Assembly (NCBI GenBank): GCA_964304625.1
Contig: OZ199838.1
Span: 16,207,731-16,271,730 of the forward strand
DNA from: Kudoa neothunni
Taxonomy: Eukaryota > Animalia > Cnidaria
DNA: 64,000 nt
Direction: 5' to 3'
Made by a program: the position numbers and the translations under genes. The notes beneath the pieces are model-generated. The model worked only from the letters and a program-made list of their open reading frames with translations, had not been told where the DNA came from and ran no database searches. Shown here in pieces: positions 28,308-43,676 of the stretch (position 1 is its first letter; the number at the start of each line of letters is the position of its first letter).

Positions 28308-29035
28308 TTAATAACAGTGTACATTTAATTACACACTTTAATTTTCTCTAGATAATTAACATGGGAATAATTGTTATATTATAATTGTTATATATTGGGG
28401 AACACCCTTAATTAAAGGTGTACATTATTGCTATATATATTTGTTTAATTAAAATTTTTATTATTTAAGTCGATCTTTCTATATTATCAGCAATAATTTT
28501 CTAGTATTTTATCCAAATTTTGTTTTATTATATAATTAGTCTTATTAATCTCCAAGTTTTACTAAATAATTAATATGGATACTCAGAATGAAGCGATTAA
28601 AATAATCCTAAGGTTACCGTTATAAATATATACAACACTCTTTAATCTATAAGTTTACCCGTATTACTAATATTCCTAATTTTGTTTGATGAAAGATATT
28701 CATTATAACTAATTTTAACGACGTAACACAAGAAATATTAAACTAATTATATATTTTCACAATGAAATAAAACTTAATATATAATAATTGTTTATTGAAA
28801 AAAATATAACGTCAGGTAAATCTATAATACATTAAAAAATTATAAATTAAGTAATTTAGATATTAAAATTAATATAAATTGTCATACAAATTAAAAATTA
28901 TTCAAAATTTTTACTATGATTTATTATTGATATGTAAAGTCTAATTTTTAAAAATATATTTAATCTTAATAAATCTTTTAATATCGCTCAATTAGATTTT
29001 CATTAATTATTTTTGTGTGTATACAATGTTTTTAC

Positions 29036-29062
29036 ATATATATATATATATATATATATATG
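29036..29062. repeat. (AT)n microsatellite
   Basis: Direct reading. Confidence 0.9.
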
Positions 29063-29394
29063 TCGCTACAAATACAAAATATTTATGTATTTTATATAAA
29101 TACTAATAAATTCAATTTATTTAGGAACGAATTCTAAATTAATGCAATATATTAATTTACTTATTATTATATTAAAGTGTTTTAATCGGATTAAACCTAT
29201 AGATTAGACAGTAGATTGAGACACGAAGAGGTAAACATAGTATTTAACAGTATTTAAATATAAAAAACTTATTTATATATTTTTATAATAAATTTATATT
29301 TAATATAGTTATTTGAATATCAATAATAAAAGAAATTTTCGCCATAGGTACTTGTTATGTGTCTAATATATTTTAAAAAAATAAGTCAGCAAGT

Positions 29395-31781
29395 ATGTCA
29401 CTTATACTGGTTTATTCAATGATTATTGCGTTATATCGAATAATGGTGGATACGCAAACAAACAATAAAAGGGTAGCTTACGTTTGTTGGTTGGTAATAC
29501 GTTTTATTTATCTAGTAATTTATAGGATGTCCTATTGTATCTGGAGAATGAAAAATTCCACATAAATTCGTATAATTGTTATTTAAATGATTCAACATAT
29601 TTTGGGGTGCGTTGTGATAGGTTAAAATCAACATATTGTGTTGGTAATATATTTAATTGAAATATTATCATTTGACGTTCACCAAAGATTTCAATAACAA
29701 TGATTATGTGAACGCTTTTGATCTTGAAAATCAATGTTTAAAAGATTTCTTTAATACGATCGATCCCACAGACGGTCGCGTAACCGTACTTGTAGCTGAT
29801 GAAACAGTAACATCTTCGTAATCTATCATATCGAATTAGTATTTTAATTCATTATTAAATTTTATAGAATGCAAAGTCACTATTATACGAACTGGAAATA
29901 TTTTGGGTTCGGGATTCGCTACATTATCGTAAACGATGTACGTCTTCCTGTGTCTTATTATAAGATCGCCAACCTGAATATAATGTTTTGTTATTTCATC
30001 GTGGAGAACGAAATAGATCACATTACTCTGGATGTATATCAATAAAATTGAAAAAAATAAAATTCATTATAATTTTAGGGAAAGAATGAATATGAAATTA
30101 AACAAGTAATTGAATTAATTGATAATTATCAACTTTATAAAAATGCGAAATGATAATATTAAGTTGTTTTGCAAATATATCATCAAATAAAAATATTTAT
30201 ATATAAAAGACGGCCTACCAATTTGGTTACGTTTACTTGGATCCAGAGGTGTTTATGCTTGGATATCCCACAAATACACAGTCGACAAATACGAATATAT
30301 ACAAATACACCCTTAACTCGATTGATCATCAATTTTTTTCAATATATTTAAAATCAATGGGATATAAAAACATCTTGCCAAAATTAGTCTATAAAAATAT
30401 ATTGGTAACTTTATAATAATTTTTATTGAAAATTAATATTTTTTAATATTTTTAGCTTGATAGATATAAGGAAGTACGACCCGGGGGTGAAATTCACATG
30501 GAATTTCCATGTGCTACTTCTGACGAAACAATAACACTTACTTCAGTTGAATTCCAAGAATGGATATCCACATTAGATGAAGATAAAAAAAAGTTTTTGG
30601 GGCCCATAAAATTACTGGCTAAGTACGATTTTACAAACTGTTTAAGCTTAATGGGAGACGTGCTATATTCGAATGTTTCCCATCCTTGGAATTCGGAAGC
30701 ACAATACTTTTTATCCTTCGAATTTCCTCCGAAAAGTGGAATAAAATCATTAGACGTATATATTTAACAATTTTACCATAAATTTAACTTAATGTTAATT
30801 GAAGGTGATTGCGAGCGATGAGGAAATCAATTGGCCCACCAAACCGGTCACGTTACTTGCATTACGACATGCATTAATCATATCAATGATAGAGAATTCG
30901 TTTAACGTTAATGTAGTTTTTTATGAAATTAAGCATGGAATATTTACTTTTAGGAGCTCTTAGAACGGTTTTATTATTTTTTCATTATTTCATATATTAA
31001 TAATAATGTTAATGGAAAAAAGGAGGGATACACATTCAGATTTATTGTATATGATATTTCAATATAATGTAAATATAGTTTAACATTTTAGAGTAAAACG
31101 ACTCCATGGCAGAAATGCATGCTCCAAAACATCACCAAATATAACATTAATAGTAATATTTTTATAAATTTTGTGGATAAAGTTAATTTATGTATAGGGG
31201 ATGATCCAATAAATGGTGCTAGTGTTAATATTGACGATTACCCTCTGATCGATAGTGATATTACAGAGGATTCGACTCGAACTCTTACTGATAAAACAGA
31301 GAGCTCGTCTCAAGACAACGGTGATACGTTATTGAATCCTACGCACACCAGTAGTAACGATAATGTTGGTGAAGCCTCTCAGACGGATAATGAAAATCTG
31401 GACGGTTATTTGCAAACCGAGAGTGCTACTTTCGAGGATTCTACTCATATTCATAATGAAAAAATAGAAGAATCCTCTCAAAATGATAATGATAATATAG
31501 ATAACGGTATACAAAACGGCAATGAAAATAATAATGAAGCTTCCTCTCAAAATGATAATGATAATATCGATAACGGTATACAGAACGGTAATGAATACAA
31601 TAATGACGCTTCCTCACAAAATAATACTGAGCATACTACTATAAAAATTGTGGAAAAATATAACAAAACAATCTTGGTGGTTTCGATTGTCGTTCCACTA
31701 ATGATTTTGATAATCGTCATTGCAATTATTATTTTATTTTTCAAATTTCGAACAAAAACGTACGACGAATACTATATATGA
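29395..31781 (+). CDS. Array paralogue 5 (NTPDase-like type I membrane protein with extended N/D/E/S-rich stalk)
   Basis: Start MSLILVYSMIIALY. Motifs FGVRC, VLVADE, LGYP, EFPC, FTNC, HPW, FPPKSG; long last exon with 69-bp repeats; TM ILVVSIVVPLMILIIVIAIIILFF; tail KTYDEYYI. Confidence 0.85.
31467..31625 (+). repeat. Coding tandem repeat, 2.3 x 69 bp (EESSQNDNDNIDNGIQNGNENNN) in the paralogue 5 stalk
   Basis: Units start at 31467, 31536 and 31605. Confidence 0.9.
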
Positions 31782-33538
31782 TATAACTCGGAAATAAATA
31801 ATTCAATCGATTTTATTCGAATTAATTAATTTTTGTCAGATTTATTTTTTATTGTATTATCGTATGGAATTAATAATTTAATCACCTCCGAAAGGCACGG
31901 TATCTGGTGATCCTAATTTAGATTTTTTCTCAATTTTATTCTAATCGCTTATAATTGTTATAATCTTATGCATTAAATTGGATAAAAATAAAATTTTGCA
32001 ATTCCTATTTTCTAAAATTTTTGTACTAAGTTTATCAGTGTAACTTTATGTAAATAAATATGTTTCTTAGTTTATATATTTTTTTAATATTATATATTAT
32101 TAATTGAGGAAATATTGTATGCTAATTATTTGCGAAATTTAATCTATCCATAAATATAATGGTTGTACATTAATATAATATATTATAATGTTGAAGAACA
32201 GTATCAAAAATATTATTATTGTTATCTTTGTTAATAATTTTAAGATAAAAACTTTAAGGACTATTTTTAACGATAATACATTAATAACATTTTTTAAGAT
32301 AAATAAAATATAGTTTAAATAATTTTTCGGAAGATTTTTTGTCTCAAAGATTTATCTAAATAAATTAAATAATATTCAAAACTTTATTTAAGAATAAAGT
32401 ATAGTTTAAAGGAAATAATTATTAACTTAAACTTTATTTTGCAGAGTCGGTTCATAATTTATTAGACTTATGCTTTAAACGTGCATTAGAACTTGTGAAA
32501 TATAACTATACATTAATTTTTACTAAAATTACTAATTTGTTATTTGTTACCAATTTAAAAGTGGAACATTTTATACAAATTTATTGGTGAAATTTTTCTG
32601 ACTGACTTCGGACAAGAAAATGAATGTACGAGTTACTTAAATAAATTATTGGTTTATTTATTAATACCATATCACCTTTTCAATGTATGCTACAATTTGT
32701 ATTTAAATATAATTTCTAACACGTGTGTGTAATACTGAAATCAACCAAGAATAATATAGGAACGCTAAATATGCCCTGTTTACCCAGATAAAAAAAAAGG
32801 CATTATTTTTATTTTTGGCGAGGTTTTATATTTGTAACAGAAAGAGAATTTCCTATTCTTTATTTAACTTTTACGAAATAATGGAAGATACCTTTGTTTT
32901 AGATGTATAAAATATTATTTTATCGAAAGAGATACGATGCGAACCATAAATTGTTGTGGATGTTTAACTTTTCATTAAAAATGAAGCTAAATTGACAATC
33001 AAATCAATAAATCTGTCTTTAATGAGCATTTTACGTTAAAAATTTTTATATTAATTAATATATAATAAATTTAATTTTTGGAGCTATTTATTTATATAAT
33101 ACCGAATATCACTGAGTAAGAGTATTTACTAAGTCTTTAATAATACCCAACCAAAAATATAATGATAATTCTTATTTTCGGGAAACAATAATACAGTGAT
33201 TCGTTCAAGAATTAAAGTTATATACACTTGTTATGAACATTACAATAATAATATGATGATGAATATTAGAATATGAAATACCTGAATTTACGGGGAAGTT
33301 GTTATCAGAGAGATTATGGCCTTAGGTCCCCCGTCTAAATCCTCGTGGGGGTAGAATTAATATTTGACAATTTCAGTAATATATATTATATTTTTATTAT
33401 ATATTAAGATAATATAAATTTACTAGAAGAAAAATATTAGTGAAAGTTTTATTATATATTTCTATAAGGATATTTATATAGTCCATTTTATATCTTTTAT
33501 TTTAGCGTAATATAAGTAAAATATCTAGATCCTCTTAA

Positions 33539-34900
33539 TCCTTTCGTTTCCAATTTTGTTCAAGCTAAAAATTATTATTCTACATTAGTTGTGTTTGACT
33601 TTTCAATTTTGATAATGATTATTATTATTAGACAAGCCGATTCATTCTATTGGAATTTATGCTTAATTTTTCAACAGTTCTATATATGGGATAATGCGAA
33701 TATAAGTAAGCCATAATACAGATGTGCGTGTTCATGAAAACACTTATTTAGTGATTTAATTAATTATCATTTTTCTTCATGATATTGAAAAAAAATTTCC
33801 CTTAGCGGTTAAACAACATTATGAGTTGCATTTCCCATCGCATAATCTAGTTTTCATTTTGCAAACGCGACACCTACACCTGTCAGTACGTATCTCAGGA
33901 TAGTGACCTACGTTATCAAATCTGATGGGTCCGTAAGCTGCCCATTTTTTACTGAAACCATTATTTTAGGGTTCAAGGAGAGTTTTAGAAGGATTTCCTC
34001 TTTTTTTATAAGGGCGATTTTTTTGTAAAATATAAGATTACCACTTACACTTAATGAAAAATCTAACAAATCTAAAATATTCTTGTTCGGTACATTTTTA
34101 ACAGCGCAATTTCGTCGGTATAGTATCCAAGCATTGATTATTGTGTTCAAGCAACAGTAGAAAATTCAATGATAATATTTCCTGCATTTGCTGTGTAACA
34201 TAAAGTGACATCAACATATCAGAAAGGTCAACCCCTCCCATGTTTTTATTATATTCGCTGACAACTGCTGAGCAAGGTACCTCTATTATTCTTTTCTTGG
34301 ATCGGTCAAATCTCCATGAAAATGAATCGGGCCCAACTGAGGCATGGGTAGAAGAGAGAGTGAAAACAGAGCTACCAAACCAATGTGTAAGATATACACC
34401 GTTTTTAGAATCTCCGACGTAGTATAGTCATATGAACCGCATCCTAATTTCTTGAGCTCTTTGTCGTTCGTCGGTGAAGATCCATTCACTCTATTTGATA
34501 GTATCGTTCCAACCGAAATAAATGTTTCCTTTCTTCAGAAAAATTTGAGGTGAAACAGAAGTATACCAATTATCAAAATAAATATAATGTTTACCGTGGT
34601 AAGGCAAACGTTTACAAAGCTTATTAGAAAAGTGAGCAGAAGTAAGACCACAGCTTTTACGCACTACGCACATTTGGTTTATTTCCACCATAGTGGTGAG
34701 AATCATACACCAATTCATTAACAACGCATCTGGCAAATATTTTGAAACCCCATTTTGTCGGTTTTTTCGGAATATATTTCTTGACCTTACATTTTCCTTA
34801 AAAAGGAATAATTTGCTCATCTATCGGATTATTTCTCTCACATTCTATTTTCAGACAGGCTTCTATGATCGAATTTAGCAAAGGGCGAATTTATCATATT
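33539..34900 (-). mobile_element. Degenerate piggyBac transposase gene
   Basis: Minus strand encodes YFDNWYTS, EYNKNMGGVDLSDML, INAWILYR and a Cys-rich tail RCRVCK..C..KC..CCLT. Multiple frameshifts; TTAA|TCCTTTCGTTTCC end near 33539. Confidence 0.88.
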
Positions 34901-35991
34901 TGGGAGAGTTTGGATCAGCCACAATGTTATTATTACTGTAGGTGATGGATTAGCCGTGGGCACTTAAAGAGAACCAAGCAGTTTCGTTCTTTGAAAGATA
35001 AAATGGATATAATGCCATATTATGAAAGAATATCGAATTGGAAAACTGAATAACTAAAATTCTTAATTAGTTATATTTAAAATCTCTACCCTCTTAAATA
35101 AGATTTTGGATAATAAAGAATTCATTATTAGGTCCCATATTGGAATGAATATTACAAATAACCACGTAATATTAAAAAAAATTAATATTTCTATAAGTGA
35201 AGCTCTAATTTATTTGAAAAAAATTTACTAATTTTTCAGAAAACGGAATTATCAAGTGCTATCCACGGTCATAGATCTAATAACGACGATTTACGATTAA
35301 AGAATGTGAGAGTTTTACCAATAAAATATGAATAACATTTCAAAGCAAAATCCAATTAATAAATATGATAAAAAATTTTTGTTATATTTATTGAATATTA
35401 TAATTAATTTTATGAAATTTATGTATATCAATATATATTAAATTAATCATGATGACTAACTCCTACTTCACTTGAGTACAGAAAATAATTTATTTATTTA
35501 TTTATTACGCAACACTTCCTTAAGATATAATAATTTATTAAGAAAGTTTTCTGCATGTCGTTATTTAAAATCGTCCAAACCTAATGATTAAAATAAAAAT
35601 TATAATTTGGATTGTAATAAATTTGGATTTGTGAATTGATATTATCTTTTTTAATTCTTGTTGACAAATATCGATATTATCATCAAGTTGTCTAAAAAGT
35701 TTTTTTCTACAAATTAAATCTAGGATCGACTAGATTAATCGTATTTAATCTTTACATGATTGCTATAATAAAATTTTATTTTATTAATATACTTTGAATA
35801 TAAATGCAAACATAGTGATAAATAAGAGAGATTAAATTGCAAGAGCCCACATTATAATTTTTCTCTGCTCGGATGCGTCATGGCAGGTTGTGAGCAACTC
35901 AAACCCAATTCCTATTTTAACGCCCACAACCTGTCACCTACTGTGATTTTTTATTAAAATTATTTATACTATATAATAAATGTCGCAGATA

Positions 35992-37280
35992 TACGTGGTA
36001 AGTTAAAAAAGTATCGAGATTTTTTAAATGTACAAAGAAATATCTACAATTATAAATATTTGATTTATACCCCTTCATAATATTCACCTTCCCGATCAAC
36101 TCACTTTTTCTGACTATTTCTCCAATTTAGAAATCATTGAAAAAGGTCTGTTTTTTGAGGGAAATTAATTCCTTTGTCGCATTTTGTTTTATTTCCAGAA
36201 TCGATGAGAATTATCTCCCTTTTAAATGAAATTTTATCTTTGGGGACAAAAAAAGTCACAGGGTACCAAATCTGGAGAATATGGTGGATGTCGGAATTAT
36301 TCAATTTCAAATTTGGATAAAAATCGTTGTATTTTAATGGATACATGAACAGGCGTGTTATCGTAATGTATAATGCAACTACTGCTGCTTCGCATTTTAA
36401 GTCTCTTTCGGCGAATGATGTCTCTAATCTCTAATGCGGCGTAGAACATTTATTTGATATTCTATGGTTACTTTTTGACCGTTAGGTTCATATCATAGTG
36501 AACAGTTCGCATTGTGTCTAAAAATACGGCGAATAAAACGTAAGTTTTCTTTTGATTTCCCCCGATTTTCTCGGTTGTGGGGATGGTAGAGTCTTCCACT
36601 CGGACCACTGCGACTTGGTTTCTGCGCCATAAACGTAAGCCCACGTCTCGTAGTTGATGATGATTATAATAGAGGGAATAAGTTTGTCATATTCTGATAC
36701 ACTTTTGAAGTGATTCCTTGAAATTTTAACACGTTTATCTTTTTGTTCTTTCGCAAGCAAGCAAACAAACAAGCGTGGACCGAACTTGACCACAATACTT
36801 CTCATTCCAAGATCACTTGTTATAATTGTGTGACATGACCAAAGTGGAATTCCTGATTCTTCACTAATTTCCCTTATGTTTAATCTTCTATCTAAATTAA
36901 ATAAATTTTTTTCAGTTTAAATTAACTCAGTATTGTTGCTCTATAAGGTTTTTCATTGCTATCGTTACTTTCAACGGAGATTCTTCCCGGTTTATATCTT
37001 CAATACCACACATAAACTCTGTATCGACTCATAGAATCATTTAAAGATGCCTTTTAAATCATATCGTATATTTGATACTGGTTATGCAATGTTTGGCGCA
37101 AAAGTTTATGCAAATCCGCCGTTCATAATTCTTCGACATTTGATCGTCACCTTTAAAATGTGTTAGAATTCTTTTAGTTTTTTATCAATTTTTGTCGGAT
37201 GTATAAATAATATTTATTAGTATATTTTAATATATTTTAAATCAGTTTTAATATTCGATACTTTTTGAACAGACCACGTA
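35992..37280 (-). mobile_element. Full-length degenerate mariner (Tc1/mariner) element, ~1.29 kb
   Basis: ~30-bp TIRs TACGTGGTAAGTTAAAAAAGTATCGA / TACGTGGTCTGTTCAAAAAGTATCGA with TA ends. Minus-strand YETWAYVYGAETKSQWSEW, HYDNTPVH and HPPYSPDLVPCDFF are mariner catalytic motifs. Confidence 0.92.
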
Positions 37281-38103
37281 TATCAATTATTAAATAAAAG
37301 ATGATAATTAATAAAAAATAATGAAGTTATTTAGAATTATTAAATGTACAAATGACGCTGTTATTTTCGATAATATTAATAATACTAGAAACTATTAGGT
37401 AGAGGATATGTGCGATCTATACTTAAAATTATTCTTATTCGACCAGAAAAAATCCACAAGAAAAATTAAAAATAGTAATTTTAAATAATAGAAATTTAAT
37501 AATATTTTAAAAAAAATCTATTTGACGTATAATATAATGTTATTATATATGGTTGATTTATGATTGTGCAAAAATACCACATTTCTCAAGAAGGAATATC
37601 AAATTAATTTAAAATATCTATTAATTTAGTTAATTACTAATATTGTGGGTTATTCGTTAATAAATATTTTGGGAAAAATTAATTCTAATTACATATATTT
37701 AAAATACAAATATAAAAATAAATGTAGAAATTATAATATTTTATTGAAAACAAAATGATTTAATATAATTTTGAATAATTTAATTGATAATAATATATAA
37801 AAAAAACTATTTTCCTCAACTAAAAATAAATCATCAGAATGGTATAGTTAATTAAATAAATTTTAATTACAATATTATTTTAATGTGATTAAAGGGGATT
37901 TTTATGATATTAATCAAGGGTGGAAACAAATAAAGATTTATTGTATATTTTTATTGGATTGTAAGAGCATAGATCTTGTGTATATAAAGTTTTTAAGATA
38001 AATTAAAGAATAAGTTTATTCAATTTGTTAAAAATCTTTAAAGTAATTTTTTAGTAGACACTTTCATATATAAACACGATATTTGTTGCAAAATCAAGGA
38101 ACA

Positions 38104-40136
38104 ATGCCGCTCTTATTGGTTTTATCACTTTTTGTATCATACTTGGCAACGATAATGAATCTCCAATCGAATAATACATTAGTAACTCCCATAACAAACT
38201 ATTAATATTTCTATAAATTAATACATAGGAGCTATTTCTTCATATTGAGGATAAGAATTTCAAAGCTGAATTATACCTATGTTACCTTAAGGGGTCTAAT
38301 TATTTTGGTGTGAATTGTGATAATTTAAAATCAGCAAATTGTGCAGGTAAAAACAGTGGACTCAATATTTTTTAATTTTTCTTCCAAAGAGTTTAATAAA
38401 AATGATTATGAAAACGCCCATAATCTTGAAAATCATTGTTTAAGAAATCTAAGTGTTGATGTCGATCTCACAGACGTTGAAGTAACTGTACTGGTGGCTG
38501 ATGAGGAGTTCGATTCTGCGTAAATAATCACTGTAATTATACATTTTTATTATAATTGATATTATATAGGTTTCAAAGTGAATATTACTTAAATTGGAAA
38601 AATTTCGGTTCAAGAATTCGTGAAGTCAGCCTCAATGATATTACACTACCGATATCATATTATAATCTCACCAATTCGAAGATAATATTTGGTTATTTTG
38701 CCCTAAGAAACGAAATGAATTATTTTACATGGAAAGTAATCTACACGATTATCACCATGTTATACAATATTATAATTTTTTTAGGAAAGTGAAGAATCAT
38801 ATGATTATGATAGTGAAGTAATTGAAATATTTAACATTAATGTTGAAATAAAAATTTAAAAACTTATAATGCCTTTATGCATAAAAGATTTAAATATCAT
38901 TAAATTTTTTATTTTATACACAGCGACCAAACTTTGATGTTGGATTCGTATCTTTGGATTCGAAGAAGTTTATGCTTGGATATCCAACAGAATCTACTTC
39001 GAAAAATATACACATAAATAAATATACTATTAATTCTACTGAACACAAATTATTTACAATATTTTCCAATTCAATAAGTTTCGAAAATATTCTTCCCAAA
39101 TTAATCTACCGATATATAATAGTAGATTAATATTTATTTATTAATTCTGTGTAATTTTACATTGTTCAGCTAGGAAAATATGAAGATAAACAATCTGACG
39201 GTGAAATTGAAATAAAATTTCCTTGTGCACGATCAAATGAAAGAATAACTATTCAATCTGATGAATTCAAAGTATGGATATCCAAATTAGATGGGGATAA
39301 CAGAAAATTTTTAAAACCTATTAATTTGGTGGCTGACTTTCAATTATCGTATTGTATATTTTTCATGGGAGATGTACTATTGAGATCAAATGTTGATAAT
39401 CCATGGAATTCTGATACAGAGGACTTTTTCTCGATCCAATTTCCTCCAAAAAATGGAACCAAATCGTTTGATGTATTAATATAATCTTGATATTAAAATC
39501 TATGTTAACACAAGATTTGGGATAATAATGAAAAAAGTTTTTGGCCAAAAACCCCAGTCACATTATTAGGTTTGCGTCATGCTTTAGTTAGGGCACTAAC
39601 AAAGGAATCCTTCAAACTTAACGTAATACATCGGATAATTGTTTATTATTTACTTTCTTGTAGGAACTTCTCGAGCGGATATATTATTTTACCTTTATTT
39701 CATATATTAATGATAAGGTTTCAGACAATAAAGAAGAATACACTTTCAGATTTTTTGTATTATTTACAAATTCTAAATTGACCAATATTATTTTGATCAT
39801 TTTAGACTGATGATTTAGCATGGGAGGAATTTTTTGTCAAAAACATCACCATGATTAAACTCGATAAAAGTATGGTTTTTTGATATAAGTATATTATAAA
39901 AAATTATAGAAGCTAATTCCGACAATAGGAACACTACAAATTCTATTTTTGATAAATTTGGTTTACTAAAAAATCCAAATCAGGGGGATTCCGATTCATC
40001 CTCCGATAGTGACTCCAAAAAAAAGAAGATAATTTTGGTTGTGTCTATTGTTATTCTAATATTGATAGCAACAGTTTGCGTTGTTATATTTTTAATTTAC
40101 AAATATCAATATTCGGTATATGAAAGTACATTATAG
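38104..40136 (+). CDS. Array paralogue 6 (NTPDase-like type I membrane protein, 11 exons)
   Basis: Start MPLLLVLSLFVSYLATIM. Motifs FGVNC, VLVADE, LGYP, KFPC, NPW, FPPKNG; TM IILVVSIVILILIATVCVVIFLIY; tail YQYSVYESTL. Confidence 0.85.
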
Positions 40137-40313
40137 TTGAGTTTGACCGACAACAAATTTCGAAGCACATTTATAACCTGAATGATTATAATTTTTCATG
40201 TTACACAAATTAGATGTTTTTCATTTTTATATTGCTTTAAATTTTTGTAAGCACTATAAAAATTTTTTCTTCTAAATTATGTTAACGCAAAAAAAGCTAC
40301 ACAAAAACGACTA

Positions 40314-41280
40314 CACTGCAACGAACTTGGGGTCATTTTTCCTTTGGAACCCAGTTTTCCAATTTACTATAGTTAATAAAAAAATATTTCAAGGCGCACA
40401 ACAAATTTTAGGCAATTTCTACTGACTAAATTTTGAGAAAAAGATGATTCATTTAGCCAGTTAATCCTACGAAATATTATTCGGTAGGCTTATATAACGT
40501 TTCGTAAATTTTCGTTTAAATATATCAACAATTTTTCATTCTATAGAGAAAGAAATAAACATAAAAGAATCAAAAAATATTTGAGTGTCAAAGCCAATAG
40601 ATTTTTATTTTGAACACTAAGTATACTTACTCGAATAATTAAATCAGCCAATATATTCTCATAATTAATGCATCGAATGTTTATTATTTATTATTTAGAC
40701 GACTAAAAATTTTCAAAATACTTTCTTAAGGTTATATTCCATTATTTCGATTTCTTAGGAACGATATGAATTGGGTTTTTTAGTTACATTATGATCCATT
40801 GATTGTTAACTAGTTATGGCTAATAGAAACATATTAACTATTATACTGTTTAATTCTAAACATGCTATATTGATTAAAAGCCTAAGAATTTGCATTCTAA
40901 ACATGTAACATCTATCGCGCTTGATTTTATCGTTCAACGAGTTTATACGAAGTGTTATATTAGTTTGTCGAAATGACTTCGGGAGGATTAGTTGGCTCAA
41001 TGAATCATCTTTTTCTCAAAATTTAGCCGGTAGAAATTTCTTAAACTTTGTATAGTATTTTAAAATATTTTTTTATTACCTATCGCGAAATAAAAACCTG
41101 GGGTCCAAAAGACCCCATGTTCATTGGAGTGTAGTTTATTATTTCAATGTTTAATAAGTTCTAAATATCGTAACTTAATGAAAATAACATAACTATCAAA
41201 TTTTTTAAAGGTATAAATAACATATAATAATAAATTTAAAACTACTTTGGGGTCCAAAAGATCCCAAGTTCGTTAGAGGA
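40314..41280. mobile_element. Non-autonomous piggyBac-like element (uninterrupted copy of the 54.7-56.6 kb element)
   Basis: Right end CCCAAGTTCGTTAGAGGA|TTAA; degenerate left end CAACGAACTTGGGGTC; GGGGTCCAAAAGACCCC palindrome; long homology to 54745-55199 plus 56395-56623. Confidence 0.8.
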
Positions 41281-43676
41281 TTAAAAGGAATTTTACAATT
41301 ATAAATTAATTTCTTATTTAACTCGTATATAATCTTCAGGTAGAATAAAAATTTCTCATTAATTCAAATCATTAGTCTGTATCATTCTAAAATCCACTAA
41401 TTGAAGAAATCAATTCACCGAATAACATCAATCCTTTTATGGAGAATTATAATTTTTTCAATTTAGAGATGTAAAAATTTGTACGGTTGTAATCAATAAT
41501 ATAAATATTAAACAATTGTAAATATATCTTATTTTTATATTAATTTTCATATGTTTATTTTTATATTTCTATTGTTAATAATAAAATTTATTATTATTAC
41601 AATTCGAGGGATTTTTAAGTATTATAATTGACAATATAGTTCATAATGTAGTGATATTAGTGGATAAAAGTTTCACTCAACTAAATTCATTAATTTTCTA
41701 GCAAGTTTTCTCCGATTTGATTTATTTACCCAAAATAGAAATTCCGAAACAAATATTTCTAAGCTAAATATTATATTTATTTACGCTTCAGTGTTTTAAC
41801 AAGTTTAACACTTTCGTGTCTTTTGCTTACTTTATAAAAAATACGAAAACATTGATCGCTCTGTTTTTATTTTTTTGAAAAAAATAAAAAAATTTTAAAG
41901 TAATTTTAATAATAATATAATTATGAAAAATTATAATAGACGAAAAGTAAAAGTTTTCTATAATATTGATTCACAACGATTAAAATTATAATAGTTTTTT
42001 GTTAACAAATATTTTTAAGTAATTTATAAATATTCATATATATATTATGAAAATAGAAAAATTCATTTAAAAAGTTATTAAGCTATTTCTAAGGTGCTTT
42101 GGTTAGTAAATCATTATTTTCATCATTTACAATTATATAATACGTATACTTGGTTGGAAAAAATTTATATACTAAATTTCAACCTATTTTACCTATACTT
42201 AAAAAATTTTGCTTCAATTATTTTTAGATTTTGCAGAGTTTCAAAAATGAGACATTGGCATTCATATATGCGCATGCGTGAGAAATTTGATTGATGAGAA
42301 CATTTTGATTATATTAGGCAAATTTTTAAAAATCAGACTTAAAATAATTTTTTAATGCATTTGAAGGAAGGATGAAATTTACACATGTTTGCGATGAGTA
42401 CGAATAGTTTTTTTATTGACTCCTGTAGTTTAATGATAACAGTTTTTAGACTGTCGGAGGGATTCTATTAAGATAAATTTATGATCTTTAATTATCGCTC
42501 ATTAGAATCCCCAAGGTGGTAGTTAATTATGTGTTGATATAAATAAATTATTATTATCACCAATTAGTTTTTTCGCTGTATTTAATCGTAATGTTATGAA
42601 TATTAGTTGCAACAAATTTAGCAATAATTTATATAAATTTCACTGAACTCTTAAACTTATTAAAATTTTAAATGTTATGATTTTCAATTATTTTGTAATG
42701 TATTACTTTCTGACCCAAAAAAATTGGGGGATATTGAGAAGTTAAATTTTTTATGGTTGAAAATAAAGTCACGCATTTTTAATTATATATGGTTCGAATG
42801 GTATATTGTTATTTAGAAATTTCAAAAAAAATTATCTTAATTTTTATTAATATTACCTAATTTAAGTTAATATAGATTAAAAAGCCGAGTATAATTGTAT
42901 ATTTTACTTAGCATTAAAGTTTATTACTAAATTTAATTAATCAGAAATATTAATTTTAATATATTTATTGAGATAATCTAGGCACGATTTATATGTTATA
43001 TCTAATTACACCATTAATTCGAATAATTAAATTTGTATTTTAGTAATATTTGTTTTCGAGCATTAAATTATTTTAAAATATTTTATAAAAATGTTCAAGT
43101 TGAAAAATCACTTTTAATTTACCTCTTAAATTAGTGATAATACGATTAATGTGACAATTATATCGATATACGTGTCATGTAGGTGTAATTAAATATGTTC
43201 TTAGGATTATGTAGCCATTAACCAAACTTCTTACGTGGCCAATCTCAATCTTTACTGCGCATTAATAAAATTTATATATGTAAATTACAATTTATTAAAA
43301 AAAATGATTTATTTTTTTAATTTAAAATTATTATTTAAAATACAAATTTGTAAATATTTCCTGTAAAAATCCTTCGAAGTGAATTAACGACAAATGAATA
43401 AATATTTAAACATTTTATAATTTCACGATTAAAAAAAACATTAAAATGTATTAAAAACAATTATTTCTCGTTAAATTAACGGAAAACACATTAATAGCTG
43501 TAAAAGAGAGTAGTGAGTGCAAGAATTATTATTCATTTCACAAGTATTATAGACAAAATATAGTTATTGAGTGAACATTTATTATTCTTTTACATATTTG
43601 TTATAGAAATTTGAAGTAATAATCGATATAATTTACCAAAAATTAGAATTAAAATAAATAAAAATTTATTCAAGAC

